In this document: positions 47,886 to 60,430 of the stretch, in pieces
Numbering within the stretch: the first letter of the stretch is position 1
Layout of the letters: each line of letters opens with the position of its first letter
DNA from: Amoebophrya sp. A120
Lineage: Eukaryota > Protista > Dinoflagellata
DNA: 64,000 nucleotides
Reading direction: 5' to 3'
NCBI GenBank assembly: GCA_905178155.1
Contig: CAJINV010000003.1
Span: 10,266,064-10,330,063 of the forward strand
Made by a program: the position numbers and the translations under genes
Notes under the pieces: model-generated
The model's database searches: none
Seen by the model: only the letters and a program-made list of their open reading frames with translations
What the model was told of the DNA's origin: nothing

Positions 47886-50800
47886 ATGAAAATGGCCTCG
47901 ACTTTGATGAAAAACGGTTTTCCAAAGGAGAAGGCGACTCTGAGTGAGTATATGCAGAAGCAGGTCGCTCTTTACCAGAAACGGCAGTGGACCATCCAGG
48001 CCTTTCACAAGCTGGTGCTGGTCATGCAAGGCATCGCAGTCATGGCCGTAATCGTCATTCTCCGGGTTTTGTACGTTCTATATCTTCATGGCGCCCACCA
48101 TTGGGTATTTTTGGTCTTCGGTTTCATTCCCCGGGAGGACGCACACTTCAGCTTTCAGGCGGACTTTCTGCGCGACATTACAAACGGCCATCTCTGTTAA
48201 CGCAATCTGGGGGAAAATCTTCCAAGAACCTTCCGAAATGTTTCCAGCGCCCCAACTTTTCAGGGCGTCAGTAGATTGCAAACTGAAGGGCGCCCCATTG
48301 CGCTTGCGGTGGGCTGGGCCGCATCTATATCAGGGCGGTGAATAATCTGACGCACAGCATTCCGCCGGGCTCAATTTTTGAGCCGCATGGCACGGCGAAC
48401 CGCGCAAAGCGCCTGCCATTGCCGGGCGCTGTCTTTTCTTCAGGCGCCGCACGCTATCGGTTCGCCTGATTGGTATGCAGTGAGGCCAGGACCGTTCTAG
48501 TCTGGCGGCCTCTCTGCCAGGCACCATGCATGCCGGCCGGCAGTTTTCAAGCGGCGGCCGGAAATGCAAAATGCTTCCGCCCCTCGAGCGGCCGGGGCCT
48601 TAAATGCAAACCGGCGCAGCAGCGTGCTATCGATTTCCAGCCGATGAAATGACGCAAGCAAGGGAGCCCGCCGGCAAAAGAGGCGCCCTCTGACGCGCCC
48701 AGCGCCTTGATTTCTAGCGATTCCGGCTGCCCCGAAAGGCGCGCCAGAAAAGTGGTAGCACGAAAACGGCATCACCGGGTCCGCATGGTGTTGGCTTGAT
48801 TTTGTCCCACGTTGGCTCGGGCCTCGCAAAAGACGCCACCAACCGGCCGCCGACCCCCTAGGCGCGTGGGCCGATAGACCCAAGGGCAGGGGCCGCGTTC
48901 TTATTGGCAAAAAACAAAAGAAGCGCGCCCCACCAAAAAGCTTAAGCGGGCCCGCATGTTAATTATCCCATTGGGCCGACCCCGGACGCCCACACACTCA
49001 CATGGATGGCTTGCTCCGACGGAGGCCCAGGCGGGCCATAGCATGCGGCGAAGGCCTTCCGTTTCGAGCCCAAGTGGCATGCTGCTTTCGGCCGTTATTT
49101 CCATCGGCCCCCGTGCCATCGTGCATAACATTAGGCACGGTGGCATGGTGGCCATAAAAGTTGCGTCGCTTTTTGGCTTCAAGCCAGAAAATAATCGCCT
49201 GCGGCCTTACTTCCGCCTTTCCTGGGCGCGGCATGTCTTGGTGAGGGGGGCGGCGCCCTTCTGGCCATGCCATCAGAGCAACGAACCAGAGGAAAGCGAG
49301 GCGGCGAACCCGCCTCCTGGGGGCCCTGGCAAGGTGGGCCCGCCGGCGGCAAGGCGCCGCGCGCAGCAGATTGCGTGCCGGTTGCCGGGCGAAACGGCGC
49401 GGCGCCTTTGAATAAGGAAAAATAATCACACGAGAGTGATGTGCCCCGGAATGGCCCCGAAATCCTTCCGAAATCCTTCCGAAATGTTTCCAGCAAGTTG
49501 CAAAAAAGTGCCCGCCTTTTTCAATGAAAAAATGGCAAAAAAGTGACGAGCCCGAAACAGGCTTAGTGGAAGGATTTGGGAAGGATTTCGGAAGGATCCC
49601 GGAAACATTTGGCGCCTTACAAATTCACTTTTCAAGAAATTTTTTTTTTTGTGGTCTGCCACTTGCTCGGGACGGTCGATCATAGCACCGGCGGAAGGAT
49701 TTCGGAAGGATTTCGGAAGGATTTGGGAAGGATTTCGGAAGGATTTCCGGGACGTCCTGGACGGAGTCTCGGAAGGATTTCGGAAGGATTTCCGGGACCT
49801 TCCCGGAAGGCCTTCGGGAAGGCCTTTGATTTCAGCGGGATTCTTCGTCCGGTGGCACTCCCCAGGGCCCGAGAACCAGCTGGCGAGGTGCCGCAGGGGC
49901 CGCCCCGCACGCAGCTTGCCTAAGCCTGCCGGCCGAGTTCTCTAGGCTAGGTAGGGCCGCTGGTCGCTTGCGCGGCGGGCAGTTTCGGTGGCCCGGTAGC
50001 CCTTTGCGGGTTTTTTGTATGTAGCGCGCCCATGGACGTTCCGGTCTGGCGGGTTTTTTTGCGAGGTATTTTGCAAAATGCCCGGCAGGCTTCAAGCGGC
50101 CGGCAGTGTTTTTTCCGTCACATAAAAAGCATCCGCCCACTGTCTTATCCAGCAGCCGGGGCGTTGATAGCAACCAGCCAAGCCCAGTGGTATTCGTAGT
50201 CTATTGGTTGGCGCTTGATAAAACGACGCGCGGGGGCTGGCAAAGGGGGTGCCCGTCCGAGGCGCCCACCGCCTTCCTTGGCTTCTGCCGATTTTGGGCG
50301 CCCATGCATTTCGGGGCGCCAACAGAGCAGCAGCCCGGGAAAACACCGAGCCCGCATCGCGGGGGCCCCATTTCGGCCCGCGTTCGGGCCTCGCAAATAA
50401 AGACGTCACCAGAGGCGGCCTTGCAGAGGCGGCCTGAAGGCCAGGCCTCACGCTTTCCCGAGCGAGGCGAAAGAGAAAAAAAAAGCGCGCCCAGCCAAAG
50501 ATCGGAAGCGGGCTCCTGTGTTATGGGCACGATTTCGGGCGCCCAGGGGGGGGCCTGCCCTGGTGGAGGCCCAGGCGGCGCCTCAGCTTGCATCCGGGGC
50601 AAGGCTTCTCTTTTCGAAGACAAATGCCTGGCAATTTATTTCGGGCCGTTATTCACACCGGGCGCCGTAGCGCCGTGCGTAACATTTGGCGTGGTGGCCA
50701 TACACGCTGCGTCGCTTGCTCGCTACGCTTCTTGGCTTCAAGTCAAGAAGACCGCTGTGGCCCCACTTCCCCCACCGAGGCGGCTACTGTTTTGCAGCTT

Positions 50801-51450
50801 TCTTTCGGTGTAGCGCGCCCAGGGATCGAGGGGTAGGCCCCCGGATGTTGTGGCGCTGGCTCAGCGTGGTGAAACGGGCGCAGATCTTTCACAGCGCGAA
50901 CGCGCGCCGCGCATCAGCGCACTGGCTGGTCCTCGTTGCCGTGAGTTGCCTACCCCAGCAAGGCAAAAAAGTTAGGAGGCAACCCAGCTGCGCTCAGGGT
51001 CGAGAGGGCGCGGGCATTGGTGGGGTGCTGGAACGATTTGGGAAGATTTTTGGAAGAATTCCCGTGCGGGTGCGTTATCAGGCGGTCCGTTTGTAACGAC
51101 ATGATTATGACGCTCGCCCTGTTCTATACCGTATGTATCATGCCGCTTGCCTTGGTGTGAAAAAAAAAAACATCCTCACGGTTTTTCTTGGATTGCGTAG
51201 ATACTTGTGACATACCCATACGACAGGGCGGTCACGTATCTACATCCGTTACCTTGACATGTCTAGCCAGCACCTCTTCTTCCTCTTGCCGTTGTGTATC
51301 AATACTTGGGAAGATCGCGATCTTTTGTACGTATCTATCAGTATCTTCCTGAATTGTGCCACTCCCAGTCTCTACTATGTGGTAGGTGTTGAGTGTGATA
51401 GCGTTCGAAGAACTACTACACGGGACCGGATTTGCGGTAATTTTCGGTAA
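47886..51450 (+). CDS. Putative membrane protein interrupted by a 2.9-kb TIR element; 3' exon structure uncertain
   Basis: Hydrophobic ORF 47886-48177 (..FQADFLRD) continues after the element (MI..). The downstream hydrophobic ORF 51259-51450 can be joined through a short IR-bounded intron. Confidence 0.4.
48178..51096. mobile_element. 2.9-kb non-autonomous TIR element (TTACAAACG family) with perfect 5-bp TSD
   Basis: cgaca|ttacaaacgg...ccgtttgtaa|cgaca with a ~75-bp imperfect TIR. Internal ggaaggatttc 11-mer repeats occur in both orientations (49455-49825). Confidence 0.9.
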
Positions 51451-52386
51451 AGCAAAATAAAAGCGTCCTGCTCCTTTCACAGTCTTCGACCGAACTTAGG
51501 AATAAAACTTCGTTTTTTTCTGGTTAGATATGATAGAGAAGACAGCAGCACAACAGTATATTTCATCTGCTCTGTACCTCCTCGAATTGAAAATTAATTT
51601 GTATTTAGTTTAACTATATAATATCATCTACTCGAACTCGCCGCCCATTCCTTTTCGTATTATTTCGGCAGCTGTATATGTACGTTTGCAATGAATTGCA
51701 TTCCGAGGATGTGTTTTGATTGTTTGCGTTTCACATGGTTCTCTCTGCCGTGCAACAAGAGGAACGGACAGCATTTTTATCGTCATGCTAGCTCATGAGA
51801 TCGTGCTCGAGCGTGGTGCCGTCATTCGAGCTACGTGGTGCCGTCAGTGTTCGAGCTACGTACTTTCCAGTGTTTTGTACTTCAAAGCCATGGCACAGAC
51901 ATGCGCTTTCTTTGATGCCGATGCAGTACTCTCTGCTGCTCTCGAGTTTGGATGAAAGATGGGTTGTTTATCGATCATCTAGATCTATCTCCTCGAAGTG
52001 TGTGGTTGTGGTGAAGCTGAAGCCAACCAGAAAGAATCCTGCTCCTTTATCCTTATCAGCCATCATGGCTTCTGTGGAACGATAGGAGTCAAGCGATAAT
52101 TGAAGACAGCGCTATCTCTTCTGCCACCATCATGCGCATAATTAAAGGCAGCGCGCGCAACCGTACCAGGTAGCGGAGTAGAGAGGGAAAGAAACAATTC
52201 TTCAGATGTTTTCGGAATCGGAAATCTTTGGTAGCGATTGGATGCTGGGATCGCACTCACAGAGCTTGGCCCTAGATCTGCGCGGAACATTTGGCAGCGG
52301 GCTCCGATCAAAAGCAACTTTCCGCCGATCATCAAGTGTTGCTCTATAGCGTGTTATACAGTGAACATGAAGCATAATTAGGATAG

Positions 52387-52387
<1 letters not shown>

Positions 52388-52420
<33 letters not shown>
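52388..52420. repeat. (GAT)11 microsatellite
   Basis: Perfect trinucleotide run upstream of ARPC3. Confidence 0.95.
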
Positions 52421-52421
<1 letters not shown>

Positions 52422-52501
52422 CCTTTACCTTTTTAAGGCTTAGACAACTACAAGAAAAGATAAAAAGCGTGAACGTCGCAGCTTAGAGCGTCGGTAGGAT
52501 T

Positions 52502-53449
52502 ATGGTCCACCACTCCCGCTGGAACAAAAATGTAGCGGAGCGGCCTGGGGTGCAGCACAGGGGGAACATCATTAACGTGCACATCAAAGAAATAAGCCGA
52601 TCGCTTACTTTTGTCGGTGGTGTGCCGCTGCTTCCCCTGCGCAATTGCACGCAACAGCAGGAAGACCGGATCACGGGGAAGAAGCGAAAGAACGTCATCA
52701 ATGAGGATTTGAGCGTCTCAAGCGACATCGTCGACGAGGCTATCCAGGCCTACCGCCTGAATGGACACTTTCGGCATTTTGAAATCCAGGGCCATGGTGA
52801 CAGACTGATGGTGTATCTGTTTCTTTGGATTCAGGATATACTTGCCGCAACGCTGGAGGCGTATCCCGCATGGAGCGGAGGCCTGCTTGACGATGACTAC
52901 AACTGCGCTCATGATAAGGAGCCGTCGGTAGTAGAATCGTCGTACATCGGCAAGACTGGCGGTGTCGGTTCCTGTCTGCCTGATCAGCAGAAGATGTTAC
53001 GCTTACGGCATGGTAGTTCAGCCGGGTCTACGTTTGTGCCGGGCAGCGCCGCGGAAGCGAATAAGCACCTACACTTGCGACGAAAGCTTGAGCATGACGC
53101 GGCGGCCGATGGGTGCTCACCGGAAAAAGAAGCGGACTTCCTGCGTACGCACCTAGGGTTCAAGATTCCAAGTACCGCGACATGCTGCATGAAGGCGGGG
53201 AATACCGGTGCTGCGAGTTCGAAGGCAAACGCTGGAATGACTTCGGTGCAGACGCTGGAATGGCAAGTGCTACGTGCTTATTTGCGACAGCTGCGAATTG
53301 AGCTATTGGCGCGGGTTTTCCCATCACTTATTATGCCCGCACCTGCGGAACATGCCGGCGGCCCTACAGGAGTGATGGTTCCATCCAAGTGGTGGATGCA
53401 GTACAGCAAAAGAAAGTTTCTCGGTCTACATGGCTTACCCAAGAATTAG
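52502..53449 (+). CDS. ARPC3: Arp2/3 complex subunit 3 (p21-Arc) with insertions
   Basis: MVHHS, VGGVPLLPL, DIVDEAIQAYRLN.HFRHFEIQGHGDRLMVYL.LWI, LRAYLRQLR.EL..R, PSKWWMQYSKRKFL. Confidence 0.92.
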   Translation: MVHHSRWNKNVAERPGVQHRGNIINVHIKEISRSLTFVGGVPLLPLRNCTQQQEDRITGKKRKNVINEDLSVSSDIVDEAIQAYRLNGHFRHFEIQGHGDRLMVYLFLWIQDILAATLEAYPAWSGGLLDDDYNCAHDKEPSVVESSYIGKTGGVGSCLPDQQKMLRLRHGSSAGSTFVPGSAAEANKHLHLRRKLEHDAAADGCSPEKEADFLRTHLGFKIPSTATCCMKAGNTGAASSKANAGMTSVQTLEWQVLRAYLRQLRIELLARVFPSLIMPAPAEHAGGPTGVMVPSKWWMQYSKRKFLGLHGLPKN

Positions 53450-55162
53450 CGAGAAATGTTGCCCGTGTCCCTTAATTTTAATACGACAGAACCAGAGGCG
53501 GGAGATCGTCGGAGTTTTAGTGTTGCCTGGAACTTTACTTCGGAAAAAAATCCGTGTCCGATTGTGAATTTGTGCGCTTCAAAGCTTGATATAAGTGTCT
53601 TCAGTCATCAATTTGATGCGGATATCTGTCCCTGTCGACCGAGTCCGAGCCACGGAAAATGAGGCCACCGCCACCGCGGCGATTGCATTTCAATACTTGA
53701 CGGCTATGTTTTGAAGAGACATATTAATGTAGTCTAGTTGTAGTGTTCATGTTCAAAAAGGCAAAGGGAAAAAAAAATTTTAAAGAGAAAGTGACTACGA
53801 CAAGCACACGCTTTATATCACAGAGAGCGAAGTTTATTTCTATCACTTTTATGTCTACGAGATTATGATTTAGATATAGCTATAGATTTATTTCAGTGGT
53901 ACTGGTAGCATCAAAAACAAAATCAGGATGAGAGTCAGATCCGGCCTTTGTGAGGGGAAGTTTTTATGATGTTGACTTGGTCTACTTGAGCAACACGCAG
54001 AAAAGTCAAGCGTAGCCTGCATGCAGGCAGAGTCATGATCGTGACCACAATCGTCTTGTTCGTGCTTGTGTTCGAGGGAATCGAAACTAATGGTGAAGAG
54101 CGATGCAGCACACCAGACGAGTATGAACAAGCCGTATCTATATCTACTTTAAAACTCGATAATATTTGTCTGTATGTAGTTTGTGCGAGTGCTCCTGGAG
54201 TATTAAGAAAATCGGGCTCTCGCTCGTGTTTCAGTCGTCGTCGCGTGGCAGTACGAAAAAGTAGGCGAAGCCTTGCGGGGGCAAAGGTTTCCACCCAATG
54301 AATCACAGTATGTCTGCTGGGCCCCGAAAAGATGTGAGCTCGCTCATCCTGTCAATCGAGCTGTCAGGGTGACAGGTAAATTAGCAGCCTCGTCATGCTG
54401 CTTTCCCACAAGCGCTAGCGAGGATAGGACTGAAAGCGGCACCATCATCATCAAGTCAAACAAAGCGATGAGGATTATGATCGCAGCCACTGATTCCCGG
54501 TGCCGGATAAGCACCTGACCCACTTCCAGGGAAGCGCTCTTGCATTTCGTGCATGCACGGTCTCGTCCGAGCCAGCGGGCTCCTTGCATTTCGTACATGC
54601 GCGGTCTCGATTTTCATCGCGCAAGAGGGAGCCTGGCCCTCACAGACACTGGCTGCGTCTCAGAGTGTGTTCCGCGTGAGCCTGGCGGGCTTCTTTGACG
54701 CTGGCGCATTAAATATATATCTTAGAAAGATAGTCCTTTTCCTTTAGCTGAGATTAAGGAGCTCAGCAACGCCGCCACTTTGTTTGCCTCGTTCCGTCCC
54801 GAGAAGCAGAAGCTCGAAGTCCACCGCTTGCGATTCCTTTGATGAGGCTCGTCTTGTCGACGTCGTCATTTATGACCGTTGTTCGCCCCAATCGATAGGT
54901 TCTTGCGTAGTACTTAGCCAAGAACATTCATTCATAGCTATACAACTGGACCAGGAAAAGGCAAAAGGGCCTCATACTAAAAATCAGACAAGACCGCCGG
55001 CAAAGCCTCTCTTTTCAAAAGTACTTAGCATCAGTAGCAAATGAGAAGTGTCGATAATTAAATATGAAAATAATGTAGCAGAGAACAAAGTCGTACAAGT
55101 ACTGAAACTAATTATATTCATCGCATCAATAGTACCGCTTCACCTTCAGCTACATTAACGTC

Positions 55163-56233
55163 ATGGTCGCAGGTGACGCGTTAGATGGGTGGGCCTGGCG
55201 GGTCGAGAGGGAGGTGACTGGGGCCGGCACCGCTTGGGCTGACGCTCAGCAGGCGAAGATGAAAGATATGGAGGAGGCCCGAAGCCGGCTGGAGATCAGC
55301 GAAGAATTGCATGCGGAGCTGGACGAGCTGACCACCGAGTGCCTGCTTTTGGAAGATGAGCGCGTTGCCACGGAAACGCGAATCAAGGAGCTGGATATCA
55401 CGCTGCAAGTGGAGAAGGAGCAGCAGCACGCACGTACGCTGGCCTACAACACCAGTAACTCATCTTCCTGCTCTTCGGGAAGCTTCTCGGGAAGTGGCAG
55501 TGCCGCTTCCTCGACGATGCTAATAAATCTCAGCTCGCACAGTCTCGCAGGGACGTCGGCAGGCAGCTGGGACCTGCACCAGCAAAACTTTGACGAACAT
55601 GTACGCACCTACTTCTCCACCATCTCGCGCAGGTTGGGCCTCGACATCGACGTATTTCACGAACACTACGTTAACGGAGAGCCTGTGGATTATGTCAGGT
55701 AAGAGCGGTCGATGTCGTGTAAAGTTTATATAGATATACCCAAACTACAAACTGAAGCATCACACATAATTAACTACCGTTGCCGACTTAAAATAAATTC
55801 TTGCTCGTGGAGCGAGATTTTTGCGTTCCCACATTTGATGACTTGGCTACGACCATCATGAAGCTACTGCCCGTGTTGCAATTGCAGCAGGCTTTGCCGA
55901 AGAACATGAACAGTCTTTACGGATGAAAACTTTGACCACAGCACGATGCCAGTGACAGAGGAAAACTGTCGATACCGCTTAACTTTTCGCGATCTGACCC
56001 CGGACAAGAATCGCGTTTTTACTGCAATCATCAAGCTCGCTCCGATGTTATCAGTGATCGAGGCGGACCCCGCGTTGGACCCGATATTTTTGCAAACTTT
56101 GGCGGACTATCAAATGCTAATGCAAATTGTTTATATCTGGGGCCGAAATAATGATAAAGGTGCTGACTTTGACTTTTTCATGAAGATTTTGCTTGTTCAT
56201 GATCACGTAAGTATATGCGCATCTTGTTCTTGA
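55163..56233 (+). CDS. SPC25: Kinetochore Ndc80-complex subunit Spc25-like; exons 55163-55698 and 55942-~56206, 3' end uncertain
   Basis: N-terminal coiled coil, then RRLGLDI..YRLTFRDL.PDKNRVF..I..SV.EADPAL..DFDFFMK, an RWD pattern typical of Spc25. Canonical phase-2 intron ag|gtaag...cacag|c. Confidence 0.7.
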
Positions 56234-57393
56234 TCTTTCACACCTGACCCTGAAGACGTCGTCTCGTCGTCAGCTCTTGAAAACGGGTGGATGAGCTGAC
56301 TTCGGGAAGCGTCCGTGGGGTGCGTCAGCTTTGTTGGCTTTCTGCTCTTTAGTGAAATGGAGAGCAATGCGAATGCATGGGAATGGAGTGCAATGCATGG
56401 GAAGTGATCACGTTCTTTGATACATACCCACCTACCCTTGGCCATGGTGGTCTGTTGAATGTATGCAGATGCCTGTCTCGTCGTGCGATTCATTCTCGTA
56501 CCCAGAGGGTTGCTAGGCCTCGCTGCCGATGCTGTCGGGCAGCCGATGTTTAGAAGTAGCAAAGGGCCGGTCACCGTATCGCAAGGTAACGTTATTTCAC
56601 ACCCAGGCCTCATATTTGCAAGGCATACGGACTCGGCGGGGAAAAACCAGATGTCGCTCGCTCGCTTCGTCGTTGGGCTGCGTCGCGCCTTTATTGCGCG
56701 GTACTACCCCTGATCGATGAAGAGCATGCTCGTTCGGCTCGTTCGCTGCGGTTGGCATGTAGTGCGTCTTCATCATGGCGCAATTTGAAGTCGAATACAT
56801 AGAAAAGGGCGCGCTATGTGGTTCATGAGATGTAATAAATATAATTTTAATTATTTGTACGTAAGAAGAAGAAACTCTCCGCGACTGCGTCGCGGGGCAA
56901 GCATTGTATTTGTTCTTCCCGTGGGTTATGAAAGAAAAGAGAGTTTGCGCGTCAAGTATTTTTGTATTTGATGTTGTTCAGGATTGGATAAGGTTAAGGC
57001 GCCGGCTTGTTCCGCATGTTCCGCTTCCCCAGTTCGCGCTTGCTTGCCTCCTCTGGCAGCTTCGAGTATATTATACTCGAAGCTGCGAGAGGATAGCTTT
57101 AGTTTTGCATTTGTCATAATTTCAAAGCAAAGAAGAGCACCGCCCCCTTCGTTTCGTTCCGCCGTCCACTGCCTGAAACAAATCCGCAACAACAAAAATG
57201 CAAATCCTTGACACTTGTCAGGCGCAGCGATATTCTTTTTGATAGAGCGATAAAAAAAAAGAAGAACGAGGCAGCACGATATGAACGCAAAAAGAGCAGC
57301 GGACTCGATTGATCGAGCAACAGCAATGCTCTTTTTTGGCGTTTGCGTTCGAAGAAATAGGCGTGGGCGCAACGAAAAGCAATAAATTTGATA

Positions 57394-58005
57394 AAGCTTC
57401 TGAAGAGCTTCCGAAGAGTCTTCTGAAGAGCTTCTGAAGAGTCTTCTTAAGTCTGGGGATTCTTCTCAAGCTTTCGCGCACCTTCTGGAGAGTCTTCAGA
57501 AGGTTCACCTTCAGAAGGTTGACAAATAGCAAATCTTCTGAAGGTGTGCCACTTTCAATTTTGGCATTTTTTGACAACCGAGACAATTTCCGAAAAACCT
57601 GCAGACGATTTTCAGTCTTCTGAAGGTTTTCTGTAAGTGTCTCGATTTTTGTTCATTTTTTGAATGTAAAATCTGGCCGTCTTCTGAAGGTTTGCGACGT
57701 CATCAAAAATGGCCGACCTTCAGAAGACTGCCTACCTGCTGAAGGTGCCAAGCAGTTCACTTTTTCGTCTTCTGAAGGTTTTTTCGTCAAAAAATCGAAA
57801 AAATTCCTCAGAAGGTGACAAAAAAACCTTCAGAAGACTGAACCTTCTGAAGGTTGCAAAAAATGAGCTGTAATTTCGTTTGCGCGAGCTAACGCTGCGC
57901 TTTTTACACTGAAAAATAGACGGCCAGTTTTTTTGACCTCCTGAAGGTTGAAAATCAAACTTCCACCTTCAGAAGCTCTTCAGAAGGTCAAACCTTCAGA
58001 AGCTT
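57394..58005. mobile_element. Foldback-like element filled with cttctgaag/cttcagaag motifs
   Basis: IR aagcttctgaag/cttcagaagctt, weakly extending to ~57310/58080. Many motif copies in both orientations. Confidence 0.7.
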
Positions 58006-58883
58006 GGGGAGGAGCAAATACATTTCTTGCCCCTATAGAATATAGATTGAAGATCAAGATCTGCAGCTGCTGCTGGAATAATCTACCTAAGGTATCGCTA
58101 CCGAAAAACGAATGTGTTTTTGAAAAAAGTTGCTCATTGATTTCCCTCCGCCAGTTTCGGATCGATTCCGATTTGTTGAAATAATACAGACAGTTCAGTG
58201 GAATGAACAACAAGTAGCGCGCAATGGCGACCGATGCTTGTGCTTCGTTCATTTAGGAGCCAATAGAATAACAAGATGAAGAAGAGGATGCGACAAGCGT
58301 GGAGAAGATGACGACGCAGAGGTGGCCTGCAAGTATTACATTATGACTGCGGCACGGCAGATGATGCTTCGTTTCTTTGGTGCAGGCCGTTCGTTGCGTA
58401 CTTGCGGAACATATCCGATGCCAGCACTTTGGCATATTGCAGGAAGCGAAAGCCCCATTATTGATTATCCTCGCGTTGGGTAGAATGCAACTGAAAAGCT
58501 TCGGCGCTTTGAGAAACTCGCTGACATCATTGAGGAGATCGCAAACGGAGAAAAAATGGGAAGAAAAAGAGTACTCCAAGGGCTCGCGCGCAGACGAAAC
58601 AAGAGTAGGGGCGTCGATGCTATTACATCCCCAAACCGATGACCAGGCACGTAAGTAGTACAAGTAGAAGAAGCCGTGCTGGGGCTATGATGGGGATCGT
58701 GCGAGCTTGTCGCCTTTCGCTCAAATTACTGACACTACATCGAGCGCCGCATCGTTATTTTCAAGAGGGAAGAGTGAAACAATTATCAGCTCCTACGGGA
58801 CCAGTTACAACATGAATTTCGCTTCCCTCTCGTCGCCTAAGAATACAGTTCTCCGTAAATACAACATGAGAAAGAGAAATATC

Positions 58884-59180
58884 ATGCTCGTCAGCTTGAT
58901 CCTGCCGCATCCGAGATCTAACCCGAGCTCCTCCCGGTCGCTCGCGATTTGGGTCGTGTCCATCTCTGTGGTCTTCTCTGGTTTCTTGCAGCGGCGCGCA
59001 AGCGGGCTTGTGGCAAGAGATGCTGGGCGTGAGGACGACAGCGGAGACCGCATCGCCGCCGATAATGGTGGCGGCGACGAAATCCTCGTGGTGGGTGCAC
59101 CTGCGGCGCCGCTCGCTGCCAAGCAACTGCTTCGATCGAGTAGGAGTGGAAGTGGAGACCCGCTCGAGACTGGGGACGAG
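58884..59180 (+). CDS. Possible first exon of a secreted/membrane protein
   Basis: Hydrophobic LAIWVVSISVVFSGFL segment; ORF ends at gag|gtatag, a possible donor followed by repeat-rich DNA. Confidence 0.25.
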
Positions 59181-59754
59181 GTATAGCGTTGGCATCTACA
59201 AAATGAAGATGAAGCTTCAGCTTTTAGTTGTCATACGCATTGATCTCCGGCTACTAGAATCAAGTCGCTCGAGTTCAGCGATGGGAGACGCGAGGATCGA
59301 ATGGGCGCAAGGGATTTTGTTTTGCGCTCCCAACAAACAAGGGCAGCGGCGGACGAATCCGCGTGAGGCTTTTGATCCCAAAACAACCGACGATCTCGCG
59401 ACCCGAGCAACTAACTGCAGCGAAGATATGTGTGTGGGCCTGCTATTGATATTGTGAAGAACACTCAGCGGCCACCGTTTTTGACAGGGCTGTCCCCCGA
59501 GACAAGGCTTGTGTGTGATTCCCATATCTGCGCGGAGGCGGCGGCGTGCGCGCTCACTGTAGGGCGTGGCGGGCGGGCGAAAACACGAGCAGGAGCGCAA
59601 TCTATAACCCGAAGGCTTTGCCGGATTTCGCTGGGCAATTCAAAATACTAGCCCTGGCCTCCGTGTAACGAACTTAGCGCTAGGAACTCGCATCACGTAG
59701 CTATCTCTTCCTGGTGTAACAAGACCGCCCCACCACAAAAGCCCCTAGCTAGGG

Positions 59755-60430
59755 AGCGGGGCGGGGGAAGGTTGGGGGGCGGGGGCCCCCTGCTTAACCA
59801 CGGAGAGGGGCGGGGGCCCCCTGCGTTCGTGGCCTGCGCCCGCAAGGGCGGGGGGTGGTGGCCCCCTGCTTTCCCTCTAGCGGGTGGGCGGGTGCGAAGC
59901 GGGGGCGCCCTGCCTTCCCAAACGGGCGGCGGGCCGAACGGGGCGGGGCCCCCCGGCGGGTGGAGGAGAAGGGCCGGCGAAAGGAAGTCGGGGGGCGGGG
60001 CCCCCTGCGTTCCTTGGCGCGGCTGAGAGGGTGCGAAGCTGGGGCCTCCTGCGTTACCACGGGGATTGGCGGGGGCCCCCTGCCTCGCCATGGAGCGGGG
60101 CGGGGCGGGGGGGCCCCTGTGTTCGGGGCCTGTTACGGCGTGGCCCGGGGATGGGGGCCGCCTGTGTTTCCCCTAGCGAGCGGGCGGAAGGGCGTGAAGC
60201 GGGGGCCCCCTGCCTTCCCTAGCGGGCGATCGATGGACGGACAGGCCGCCCGGGCTTGGGGCCGGCGCCATGCGGGCGGGGGGGGGATGGAAGTGGTGGG
60301 GACCTCCTGTGGCGACGGACGAACCAACCAAGGTCGGGGGGCGGAGGCCAGCGGCGGGCCGGATATCCACCGGGCGGCCGGGCCCGAAGGAAGGAAGGCG
60401 GGGCGGGCCGGCGGGGGGCCCGGGTTGGTT
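59755..60430. repeat. GC-rich block of gcgggggcccccctgc palindromic motifs
   Basis: Same motif family as 46810-47285. Confidence 0.7.

Noticed and set aside
53888-54760. Short ORFs on both strands between ARPC3 and SPC25
   Set aside because: No recognisable motif and no consistent splice model.
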